Source of the DNA: Selaginella moellendorffii
Lineage: Eukaryota > Plantae > Lycopodiophyta
DNA length: 64,000 bases
Direction: 5' to 3'
Assembly (NCBI RefSeq): GCF_000143415.4
Contig: NW_003314272.1
Span: 1,212,184-1,276,183 of the forward strand
The notes below the pieces were generated by a model. That model had not been told where the DNA came from. It saw only the letters and a list, made by a program, of their open reading frames with translations, and searched no databases. Of this stretch, positions 1 to 11,608 are shown in pieces. Both the position numbers and the translations under genes were made by a program. Each line of letters starts with the position of its first letter. The first letter of the stretch is position 1.

Positions 1-141
1 ACCAAGGCAGAGTACGAGCAGATGCCCGAGTGGCTGCTGGATCGGCTGCTCGAGGAGTATGGGCTGCCCGCGCGGAGCATGGGAGGCCTGGAAGCCAAGC
101 GCCAGTATGCAATTGGGGCTTTCATCTGGTCCCTGGATTGA
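1..141 (+). CDS. 3' end of a small plant-specific protein (FQMPxHYPR...MPEW..DRLL.EYGL family), paralogue of 55609-56049; truncated by window edge
   Basis: Frame 1 reads TKAEYEQMPEWLLDRLLEEYGLPARSMGGLEAKRQYAIGAFIWSLD*, aligning directly with the C-terminus of the 55609-56049 ORF. Confidence 0.85.
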   Translation, partial: TKAEYEQMPEWLLDRLLEEYGLPARSMGGLEAKRQYAIGAFIWSLD

Positions 142-502
142 CCGGAATCGATGTCTCTGTCTTTCCCTGTTGAAATTTGTATCGATTCCTTCCACCTCAA
201 GGTGGAGAATTATGTGATTAAAGGCCGACATCGCTCAAGACTCCACTCCACTTGCAAGACTAGTATCTATATCACTTGGAAAAATTTCATAGATTAGAAA
301 GTAGAGTACATCAAAGACCACTGTTTCAATCAAACTCATGATTTTCCAATAGAGAATGCAATTTTCACGTATCTAATACCTTTCAAGGATCCGTTGCTGC
401 AAGCAATTGGAAGAAGAAGCCATGATTCCAAGCACTTACTTTGCCAGAAGCCCTCTTTCTGCTTTTAGGGTTTATGGATTTTTCCCGCTCTAGGGTTTTG
501 AA

Positions 503-1260
503 ATGCAGGGATGCGTCCTCAGCGAGGAGCAGCGAGCACGGAGCCTAGGCGCTGCCAAGGCGCGACTGGCTAGGAAATCCATCGGCGCTGGCGCGCATTT
601 GAATAAGAGGTATCGATTTTGTTAGCTTTTGCTCTCGAAAATGTGATGAGAGATCGCCTTGACAGGAAGGAGGTGTGCGGGGTAAGGCCGCCTCTCGTGG
701 TTGTGAATGTGAAAGGTGCTGTGTGCGGGGGGAAAGCAGAACTATCCACTGTTGGTCCCCATACTTCATTGGAGGACCTCGACGATTTTGATGATGACGC
801 TTTCGAGGGGATTGATAGGCTTTGAGGAAGGAGGACGCTCGCGATGGAGGTTCTGGTTCATGTCAACGTATCTCCGGAAGCTCAATGTGTCCCAAAGGGA
901 TGCAGCGGTGAGCGACATTCTTCTGATTGTTGCCGGGCCACTATTTGAGAAGCTCGCGGATTTAGAAGTAGCTCCAGCAGCCATGGATTGCCTCTTTTAG
1001 GTTGACTGGTATTGTAATCACATCAATGATGTTTGGCTACTCTGACTCTGGAAAGGACGTGGGGAGATTATGTTTTGCTTAGAAACTGTTCCAGATGCAG
1101 GAAAAATATAAGAAGTTTCATCAAGGCCTTTCTAATGTAATTCCCTTGGATGATTGGAGGTGCCATCATCCAAATCATTGATTTTTTTCTTCTCCTTAGT
1201 CACTTCTTCCCACAGGTGGACAGACAAACTTATGGTAGCCAAGAGCAAGATGAGAACACG
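503..1260 (+). pseudogene. Degenerate SRS2-like (UvrD/Rep family) helicase pseudogene, 5' part; may extend to ~2500
   Basis: ATG 503 gives MQGCVLSEEQRARS.AAKARLARK, then acidic DLDDFDDDAFEGIDRL and YLRKLNVSQRDAAVSDILLIVAGP (UvrD Q-motif and start of Walker A). The GSGKT part is deleted and stops/frameshifts follow. Confidence 0.55.
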
Positions 1261-3781
1261 TGAGAAAGCAATGTGTACTTATCCAGATTCTTGAGTGTAG
1301 TTAAGGTTACAGGGTGATGCTGCTGGCTAGTGGTGGATGCCAGGCACAAGTCAGATCTGTCACTAGGCCAAATTGCAAGGCAAAGTAGAATCAGTTAGAT
1401 GGGTTTGCTAGGGTGGCTGCTGTCAATGGCCAATACATCATTGGAGTATGCTCTATGACCAATATAAAATTAATTTTCAATTATAATCCTGCTGAAGGAG
1501 GTGAAGTTTGCTCTCTTCCTCTTTGTGATTGTGCAAGAATGACTCATTGTTTTACAGAGAAAAGAGGAGTATAGCAATTTTATTTTATTTATTTGGAAGC
1601 TCGTATTGTCATGAGAGCTATCTTAATCTTTCTAGTGTGTAAGTGGAGATTCACAAGATGTTATCATGAGATAGGGGGTGTTGGATTAAATGGTATGTTG
1701 GATTGGTTGTTAAAATATGGCTTGACTGGTATGTTTTAAGTTTTAAACTTAGATCTCAACTCATATTTTTATAGGTGGAGTTTATGAATCTGGAATGCCA
1801 ACTACTGCATAAGAAGTGCCAAGAAGAGGAGAAAGGATGTAAATTTCTCATATGAACTTAGCAGAGTCGACTTTTGAAATTTCATTAAAGGAGTCTTTGG
1901 AAGTTTATAACCCATACATCTGGTAAATGATCCTTTTTTCCTTTTCCTATTTTTCTTTCTTTGTATTCTTCTTTTTGTGATAGAGTTTTCTTCTGCTGGT
2001 TTCAAGTGTGTTCTACAGCAATTATATATAGATCCTTGGGAGGCACCACCACTTTTGAAAGAGCTTGACTAGATGGAACTTGTTTCGCTGCTGTGGAGTG
2101 GAGAGAACTTGATTGTGAGCAACTGGATAGACTATCTAGGTTGAAGCAGCAGGTTCAAGAGCATGTGCCAAATGAAAGGGACGATGGGGATGTCTCCAGG
2201 AGCGGACCTGGTTCAGATGTACACATACGCTCAGTGCTTCTTTATGTGTTGCTATGGTTAGTGTTCATCATTTCATACACATGTTTTATTGGGGGAATAA
2301 GGCACCTTTGAGTGTCCTTCAATAGAAATAAGCTCCTTGGATCTTGGCAAGCATTTCATGCTACTTCTAGGAGCAGCTTCCAAGTGCTTGATATGGCTTG
2401 GAGGCAGTGTTGACTGCAGTTGTGGAAGAACAGTTCTACAGAAACGCTGCAAAGAATTATTTGTGGTTCTTGATTTCATATCAAATAAATCTAGCAAGGA
2501 ACCAATATCAAGGAAAGGAGATTAAACTAAATTATAGATACATTGAAACTTTCAATTTATAATATAGTTAGAAAATAATGTACATACATTTTTATATAGT
2601 AATATCATTCACTAGATGTTAAAATACTAGTTTACTTAAATGTATTCAAATTAGTTAAATTCTAAATATATAATAAAGCATACTGTACAATTATTATATT
2701 AATATAAATTAGCACGTATTCATTAATTAACTATACATCTATTTTAAATATTTTTCTCAGAGACTACTTTATAGTTTGCAAGTACCCTGCAATATCACTA
2801 ATAAATAGGGTATAGTTAATTATAACTATTGTAACAATAATAATTGTAAACTATATTAATACATTAAGCTAACTATATTATAATATAGCTAACTAATCAT
2901 AGCTAATTTAATTCCAGTTCTAATTTATTTAATCATAAAAGAAATATAGTTAAAAAGATCTGGTAGGGTCTCTCTCTGCAAAAGGCTTTCTTTCAGTAAC
3001 TTCAAGATGTATAGGATTTCTCATAAGGCGGAGTTCCTGTGTTAGCATGTTTGCAGCTGGAAAAGAAGATAGAGCTAATCTAACATTGCACATTGGGAGT
3101 AATTTGCAAACATCCACTAATTTAAAAAGATTCTTCTCTCATATCTTGTCTATCTCTTCCTGGTACTTGTTTAGCACCTTTATGCCACTACATGCTACCA
3201 ACTAATTCAATGTCACTTTCTACCATTATGTCAATTGTGCAACTACTTTGACTAGAATTGCTTTATTGAAATAAATCACAGATCATATAACTTAGGAAGG
3301 TGCTCAAGGAGCTCAAGACACTCAAAGTTGGAAGGCACTCAAGCTGCTGAAGATAAGGGACTCAAGGCACTCAAGGTGATTAAGACAGACATGTATGTTA
3401 GATCATCTTATGGGTGTTGTTGGTGGTGTTTAAGGGGCACTATGTCACAGGCCTTCAACCCTCATGCTCCCCAAAACCAAGATTTGCAAGGCAAGCCCAA
3501 AAGATTAATGAAGTGACATAGCATGAGCAATAGAGCAATTGAAGTATCAGAGTGGAGAGTGATTGAGCCATAAAGGAACCTGAAAGAGCAAGAATCTAGA
3601 TTTATGCACAATTATCCATTCAGATTAAGCAAAGGGTTATGCAACGCATATTGTAATTCAAAAAACAAAACACTTCAATTTAATTAATTAAAAACATTTA
3701 GTTTAGAATTAATTTAATTAATATGAATTAAAGTTGATATTTTAACTTAAATAAGTGTGATGAAACATTAAGCTATTTAAT

Positions 3782-5672
3782 TTAAATATTTTTACATATA
3801 TGAGTCGAAACTACTCTACAACAGCAAACATGTTCTTCACCAAGAGCAAGAAGGATCGTGGTCTTCATATCTGCAGGCGCCAATGCATGAACTGCAAGTT
3901 CCTGTAAAATTTGAAGCTTCCGCTGCCTGTTCCAGCAAAGTCTCTCTGGAAAAATCCCCAACAGGTAAGCAAAGCTGAGCCCAAGGGAAAGCCAGTCATC
4001 TCGACAGCAGTACTCCCCACCTTCATCAAGCACAGGAGAGCGGAACATAACAGTTCCAACCTCCTCTCTCATGCTATCGTCCCAGTGAGCAGCACAGTCG
4101 AAGTCGTTCAAAACGAGCCTCTGGTCTCCAGTTCCGTGTTCCATGACGATGAAATTGCTCGGTTTGATATCCCTGTGGAAAACTTTGCGATGATGCAGAG
4201 CTCTCACCGCCTCCGACGCTTCTCTCCAGCACTTGGCAATCTGTTTCGCAGTTGAGACGTGCTTCTTGCTGAAGGGGACACCCACTCCCTCCAGCTCCAC
4301 AAATCTGAGACCCCGGCCTGCTCCATTCACTCGACCATGTCCGATCATCTTCCGTAAGTATCTGCAATCAGATGAGTGACCCAAGAAGTGCGCCCGGATA
4401 TCAAGATCGATGTAGTTTTCAGAAGACACCTTGACAACGCTGGCCAATCCTGCTGTTGCAAAGACGCAAGACCTGGGCCCTGAAGCCAGCACGCTCGAAA
4501 CTTGAACGCTGCCGGTTTTGCTTTCATAGACGAACTCGACTGGGCCGTAGCAGTCAGGTGCCACACTTCTGAAATACTTGACCAGTGAATGGAAACCTTC
4601 AGGTGGTGCGAAAGGAAGTAACTCCTGGAAGCTAGCACTGTGCATACGAGATAACAAAGCCTCTGGCACGTCCATGTCTTGCACCGGCTTTATAGACCAG
4701 TTTCTTTCGATCCCAAACTCGTTATTGATCAAGCGCGCCATGTCGATCAAGCACACTTCCCATAGCCCAGCCTCTGCAGTCATCTGACCGCTTCCCCTTT
4801 GGAAGCCAGGAGCATATTCTAGCAGCTCCAAGCTTCCTAGATCATCCTCGCCATTCTTCCTGATGTGAAACTTGAAAAAAAAGACAAATTGGACACGAAT
4901 GATCAATGCAGCCATACAACTGTAGTTGCCCACCCTGTTTTTGTTGTAGTTGAGAACATAGTTAAGCAGCTGGCTGAGGCTGTCTGAATTCGTGGCAATT
5001 CCATCTGGATCATCGACACTCCCATGGGACCATGTAACCTGCACGTCCAATGGAATCACCTCGTTGCGGTCGATGATCACCTGCACATCCGGAATGACGC
5101 CAAATATTTCAACACGCCCTTGGTCGCTGACAGCAGCTGCCCTTGCAATTGCGAGAAGGTAAGGGTAGTACCTTCTTTCGTGCAAAGTCGACATAAAAGC
5201 TGATAGATTTGGTGAGTCCCCGAAGAGGTGTAGCCACAACCAGCTAAGAGCAGCTGCAACACGAAAGCTTTGAGTGCCAACGAGCTCTGTCACAAGAACA
5301 CATCTTGTCTTCCCTTGAAAATAAGACGCCTTCAACTTCTTGGAAGGTCGTAGCGGTGATGAGAAGTACGGCAAGGCAGACAAAGTACCTGCAAAACCGA
5401 ACACTCACTAAGACTCTCGTGTCTAAGGTATGCCATGTGCTCATACCTTCTGCTTGAGCTGCACTCGGCTGAGGAATGTAAACGAGGTGATCTTTAGCAA
5501 ACACTGTGTCGTCGTCAATGACAGAAACCCCATCCACTTCAAGGGCACCATGAAGCCCATACCTCTCCAACTGCTTGTAAATTTTCTTTGCCAGCAGCCC
5601 TGCTGGAGGAATTCGCACCTTGATTACCTCCGTGCTATCGTTGGCTCGCACAATCGTTACTGTCGTCACCAT
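3782..5672 (-). CDS. Crinkler/CR-like protein: small N-terminal header + PD-(D/E)xK-like domain + atypical protein kinase (~610 aa; exons 5672-5447 and 5388-3782)
   Basis: 58-nt intron (AAG|GTATGA...TTTTGCAG|GT) joins the 5244-5678 and 3782-5404 ORFs in frame (AQAE-G-TLSAL). Kinase motifs: LASGPRSCVF, VVKV, HRDIKPSN, NDFD, GTVMFRSP, RDDWLSLG. Middle domain has IPDV...PLDVQ...QLLNY. Confidence 0.75.
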
Positions 5673-7031
5673 ATGCACATCTGTATCCTAGAAAGTGCCT
5701 TTGCACGGCGTGCAGGCTTCGATTCGACTCGCGCTTCTCCTAGAACATCATCGTGCGATCGGCGGGCGAGATCTTTGAATGCTCAAGAACCCTAATCCTA
5801 AAATTAGCATTTGTACATAATACCCGCGGGCATCGGTTGCAAATCCCCCAGCCGGTGTGCTCCCCGTTGGGAAGGGCACTCCAACGGGGTGTAATACTGT
5901 ATACAACAACTGAAAATCTGATTTGATATTTTTCTAAAAAAATGTGAAAAACAATATAGTTTATATGAGAAATATAAAACCACGTTATAATCTTGTTAGC
6001 TTTTATTATTGTATAAAATGCATTATTATTGATGTCATTGTTGACACTTGAAACTAAGACAACGCAAGAAGATCACTGTCTGGAGCAAGGTAGAAATTGG
6101 CAGCCATTCACAGGGATGCAATGCAAGCTTAGATATTCTAGATAATTTTTGTTTACATCTATTTAATTTTCTGTTCACTATCTATTTTCAAGCTCTTAAT
6201 GATAATTACTTATGAAGTTTATGGTTATTTAATTGTGACAATATTTCTTACATTAATTAGGCTAATTTTGTATTCATTGTCATATGAGTCATATGCTAAC
6301 TCATTTTTTCACATATGCCCAGTAAGTAGTAACCATGGGCTTTACCACATAAATCCATTGCTCCTAAAGGCCATCAGTACGACAATCAATTTGGGCAAAA
6401 TGTTTTCTAGCCTTTAGTGGGGTTTTTTCTTCTTGGATGTGAGTTCTAGTACATTTTTCTCAGACATGTATGATCAGCCCCTTCTGAAATAATATGACAT
6501 GATAGAATCCCCACTTGATACTGAATGCCACTAACGCTGATGTGGTGTAGCATGTTCTGAAGAATATGCTAACCAGGTGGATATGAGTTTAGGGTAACAT
6601 GGCTAGTGGATGTCTAACAAAGGAGGAGCAATAACAAAGGAGTAAGTCTCCAACCATGGTGACGGTTGCAATTGCTGCCATTCTTCCATTTCTTGTTGAC
6701 CTATGCTCTTCCTTATCTCCTCTGGCCATTTCAGACACCTGGATCACAATAGCCTCTCGGTCACCAAATCCAAAGTAAGTGTTGTGTTTAAAAAGGTTGT
6801 ATGTTGTGTTTAATGACATGTATGTGCCACTGGCTCAATAGCGCAGAGACAAGGCAATAAAACACGCAGCTCCTATATTTTATTTGCTTTTGCTACACTC
6901 CATTGGTGCAATCTGGGACAACAGGTATGTGTTCCCATAAAGTTTAGTATTGTTTTGGAGATATCTAATGCATTTTGTTGCAGGCGATGAAAACAAAACT
7001 TAGAAGTAGAGCAAAATGAGTTTGAGATCCA

Positions 7032-7510
7032 TTGGCCGGTCTCACAGACCGTGCAAGCAAGCTCACAATAGACCTTGAAGGATCCAATTTTAACCGGGGA
7101 GTGCAAGTGACAGTGAGTCTTAAGTCTGCATCAACCAGCACACATACTGAGACATCTGTGGTGCCACATTTATCAAACTGCAACAAACACCATAACACTC
7201 AGTGTAAGCCAATTCCTTCCAAGGTGTGTGTAAAATGTGGTCGACACATGAAGTTGTTTCTATCAAGGACTGCGAAGCATTCTAACATGCCACTTTTCAA
7301 ATGCTTGAATAAGGTGAGTTTACTATTCGTATAGATTATGAACTTACAGTGCTCTTCCAAGAGTGCAACAACTTTGAGTGGGTTTCAGATTGCCTGAAAA
7401 GTGGAAGTCCGAGTCTAATAACCACAATAAGAAGAGGTGGTTGTTTTAGATGTGGTGCTTTAGATCACTGGATACAAGACTGTTCATATCCTCCCGCAAA
7501 GGATATGTAG
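7032..7510 (+). pseudogene. Gene remnant encoding a GRF-type zinc finger followed by a CCHC zinc knuckle
   Basis: CVKCGRHMKLFLSRTAKHSNMPLFKC, a short GT-AG intron, then ECNNFEW and CFRCGALDHWIQDC (CX2CX4HX4C, 7442-7483). Exon phases do not join cleanly. Confidence 0.5.
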
Positions 7511-9249
7511 AGTTCATATGGTTTCACAGTATGCCAAATGAAGCCCCTCCTGAACGTAGAGCACTACCCAAATGAGTAGATTCACAACTGGAAGCAGCAA
7601 ATCCGCCACCAGCAGAGTCGATAAAACAAGAAATGGTGGTTTCACCACCTCTGCCTGAGAAAAATGATTATTCGTAGTACCAATGTAAAGTATAATATTT
7701 ACTTTGTAGGACTCTTTTTTATATGTAATATCAGGACTTGGATTTAAGATTCTGAAGCATTGTGTTCCCCATGAACTAATTTAAGCCTCGACAGTATAAA
7801 ACTTCACATTCATAAAAGGTTTATAATTAGACATCGCACCAAGGCATCAAATTTGCCATATATGTAGCTAAAATAACTACTTGGAGGCCAACCTCATTTA
7901 GCAGCTGAAGCACAAACATAAGCTTCCTGGATGCGATTGCCACTTTCAGCTGCTCCTCGTACTGCATGAAGGAGGACAAAGTCTGCATCTCCTTTAGCAT
8001 GTTCCTTGATGCAGGCAGTAACATACCCATACCCTCACTCCCATTTCCATTTTCCTTGTGAATTATGTGCATGATAGCCACCATGACTTCCTTTATTGCA
8101 GTACGGCAAGCTACTGCTTCACCAGAGTCTGCGATGGACTCTGACGACACTTCAACAATTTCCACATGCCGTTTCGGAGGGCTGAGAGGTGGGCCAACCT
8201 CAAGGTCAACCTCAACATAAACAATACAAGCCTTGATTGACTCTGTGGACTCACTCTTGAGATAACTCTTGGGAGTTTGCAAGCGTCTGCATGGGAGTCT
8301 CTCAAGGCTCCAGCAGATGTTGTAGTGTTCACCACTTCAAATGGGACAGTCGTAGGCAAATGAAATGGAGTAGGTGGTACACCTGGGCTGAAGGGAAAAT
8401 CCAACTGTCAGCCAGCAAAGGGTGTGTAGAACTCTGCATAAAGATCCATAGGGGGAATATTTTTTGAGGTGAGAAAGTTGGTACCAAGAGTTGCAGGCAT
8501 TACCATTGGAGACATGGGGACAACTTGTGTAGGTCATGCAGATTGGCCTGGTGGGAGATAGCCTTCCCAACCGTTTTTGGTGGGATCCTATGATAAAGCT
8601 TCTATTGAAATGATGTTGACTTTCCCTACAACATTCATTGTTGGGAAGGTTGAAGCAAATGCAGCACCACAAGATCAATGCAGCAGTGGAGATGTTGAAA
8701 GGCTGCATATGATGAGAGGCAGCCTCTAACCCTAGATGTCATTCATCCTCTTAACTTTGAAGTGGAAGGAAACTAATATATACATGTATAGTGCAAAAGT
8801 TTGCCTAATATTTTCAATTTTCAATGATAGGCTTGCTTTGCTAAAGTGATTATTAACTTCAACTTCCTGGAAGTATTGTATTATGCTTCAAAACACGAAA
8901 TTAAGAATTTTAACTGTATCACAATAGTTAGTACTTCTACAGGCTACAAGACATAATAAACTCCAGATGAACAAATGTCATTAAAAATAACATTATATAT
9001 ATATTAATGCATCAAATCCAAAATAAAATGAACAATAGCTTATTCTAATATTAGTAGGGATAAATTTGTATCTTTGAAGATTTACATTTCACTATTTCCT
9101 TAGCTTTTTAACAACATTGTGAAACAACAACAGAATGATTTGATGATGGTATCAATAAATGCAGGAATGCAAAAGATAGAGTAGTAGTGAATCATAAAAA
9201 CTGAATTATAATAATAATTATCATAATCAGATGCACCATTCTGGGGTTC

Positions 9250-9570
9250 ACTTTCCAGGATATAGATGTGCATATGGCGACAATGGTAATGATTGTGCAA
9301 GCCAATGATGGCACAAGAGGTGATCAAGGTGCAATTTCCTCCAGCAGGGATGCTAGTAGAGAAGATCTACAAGCAATTAGAGAGGTATAGGCTTCATGGT
9401 GCCCTTGAAGTGGATGGGGTTTCTATCAATGACGACAACATAGTGTTCGCTGAAGATTGCCTTGTCTACATTCCTCAACCAAGTAGAGCTCAAGTAGAAG
9501 GTATAAGCACATGGCATACCTTAAACAGTGAGTGTTGGATTTTGCAAGTACTGTGTCTATTTCTCATCAC
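9250..9570 (+). pseudogene. Inverted degenerate copy of exon 1 and intron of the Crinkler-like gene
   Basis: EVIKVQFPPAGMLVEKIYKQLERYRLHGALEVDGVSINDDNIVFAEDCLVYIPQPS matches the 5672-5447 exon. It has a +1 frameshift, acceptor AG changed to AA and CpG->TpG/CpA changes. Confidence 0.9.
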
Positions 9571-9825
9571 TAGATAAATGGTTGATTTCATGTTTACCCT
9601 TTTTCTTTTGGTCTACTTTGTGTGGTTCTTTAGTTGAGCTATAGTGTGCTATGTTCTTTTGACATGCTGTGGGTGTCCGGCATGGTCGTGCCTAGATCTG
9701 GCTCCTTGTTTGGGGTACTCACTATGGCTGTTGTCTTCCATTGGTACTCAACTGGTTATCTTCCCTGTCACTAATAGCCTTGTGCCTTGGATCTGTGTTT
9801 CAATTTGTGTTATGGCCATGGTGGT

Positions 9826-10690
9826 GCACGAGGTGATTGCTGCCAGTGACCCTAAATGAGAGGGTCCAGGCAAGGTCCACCTAGAGAGGAATGAAACAGG
9901 AGGCATAGTAAGAACATAGAAATCCTCTGTTTTCTTTTATCTCTTACTGCTAGTTCCTGAGGAAATCCAACTTAAAGGGTCAAAAAGAAAAGGAATGGAA
10001 TGAATTGTGGGTTGGCTGCCTTTACAGGCCCACAAAAAATAGTGAAAGCAAATCAAAATGCCCAGTGAAGGGAGCACCAAAAAGTGACGTGGCTGATGTG
10101 TATATTACATTACAGACACTTTATAAATTTCATTAGGGGCCATGCTGAAAGACAAAAAAGAGAAAAAAAGTTGGTGGACCATCATGCAAGTGACTTATCC
10201 ATTTTTATTTTTCCTTACCTCCTCATGTGCAACAAGAGATCACAAAATGGTCCTATTGTATCAACTAACAACCGAACAAGATGCCCAGTATCCCTCCTTT
10301 CGATTCCATACTCTATATCATATCAATTCCTGGGAGAATTTGGTAAAGTTGTGTGTTCCGAAGTTGGTGTAGGGTTCTTCCTAGAGCCATGAATATAACA
10401 ACGTTGTCTCATGCACAAGCTCTGCCACCTTTCGTGCCAGGACATGTAAAGGAATTGCACATGTTTTGGCTCTGCAGCGGAGCAGCATTTGCGTTTCAGT
10501 AGGGAGACCGTTTCGCAGCACATTAAATCTGTCCAGCCGAGCACAAAGTAACAGAAAAGAGAGAGTTATGAGGGCCTATCGTGAGTTTGGGAGAGTTAAC
10601 TTTCTCAATTAGAAGCTCTTGGATCATTTGTCTTGCACTAGCCAGAGGCTCTGGGATAGGATTTGGGATTTCCTCAGTGGCCATGACGAT
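9826..10690 (-). pseudogene. Collapsed copy of the 11609-12485 expansin (coding fragments 9826-9962) with its upstream region (~9980-10690)
   Basis: Blocks match expansin exon 3 (ctgccagtgaccctaaatgagagg), intron 1/exon 1 (gagaggaatgaaac...cttactgctagttcctgagg) and the 12600-13340 upstream sequence. Confidence 0.8.
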
Positions 10691-11608
10691 TGCGGAAGTT
10701 GAATATTTTCTTGCAAAATGTTCCTGCTCCCATTAGGGATGGAAATCCCCCATCCTCTAGTTGCTCTGATCGCTACCGGACGGGTGATAGACTAGTTACA
10801 GATAAAATTTAATTTATAACGATGTTTTTTTTTTGGGAAGTCGAAATAACATATGTAGCTATGAAATTAGTTGGCCGTATTTGGGAACTCGTACACAAAC
10901 GAGTAAGGCAGCTGCCCGAGGTGGTTGATGGTCGTGAGATCGTAAATGAGATCCATGAGGAGATTGGAGAGGCTGAAGCTTCAAATGGGAGGAGCTTTGT
11001 GATATACCAATGAAAAACTAGATTAATTTCCTGGATGTCAATTTCGAAACTTTTTAGCTCCTCCACAGCCACACTTTGGTCTTTGGGAGTTGGAAGGCTC
11101 CTATACTTACATGGTCATGGAAAAATTATTCAACATCATATAAAGGTTTTTTTTAATGTGATGAAGCCAATTTCATAGGATAAATGAGGTTTTTGAAAAA
11201 ACAATCTATAAAAGAGGATATTATTGGTAAAATAGATGTTTTTGTAGGAAGTATGTTTCAAACATGTTTGAAAGAAGTTTATTGTGAGAAGTAAATAGTA
11301 TTTTTATATTAATTTGATGCATGACCATTTGTAATTATTTTATTTTCTTGTAAAATAAGTGGAAATATGCAAAGTTATTATTTGGAATAAGATTTTATTA
11401 ATTGTAAAAATTAAATTTTGATTTAAAAACAGCATATACATGGAATCTTCTCCGAAAGCCGCGGAAGCAAAAGAATGGGGTGATTCTCGCCATAGCCCAC
11501 CTCCTGTGTTTTCCTTTCCACGCTCGGCTCTACAGGAAAATCGCACAAACCGTATAAGCTCCCTCTCTCACTCGCTCGCTCCATCGATTGATCGATCGAG
11601 ATAGAGGT

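Noticed and set aside
3295-3380. Short CTCAAG-containing repeats
   Set aside because: Irregular low-complexity repeat with no further structure.
7827-8282. 151-aa minus-strand ORF
   Set aside because: No recognisable motif or clear start; probably part of a decayed gene or TE.
8337-8708. Cys/His-rich ORF with SPYGSLCRVLH resembling a CCCH finger
   Set aside because: Ligand spacing is incomplete and the region is CpG-depleted and fragmentary; not supportable without a search.
10822-11072. Short overlapping ORFs on both strands
   Set aside because: No family signal or splice support.
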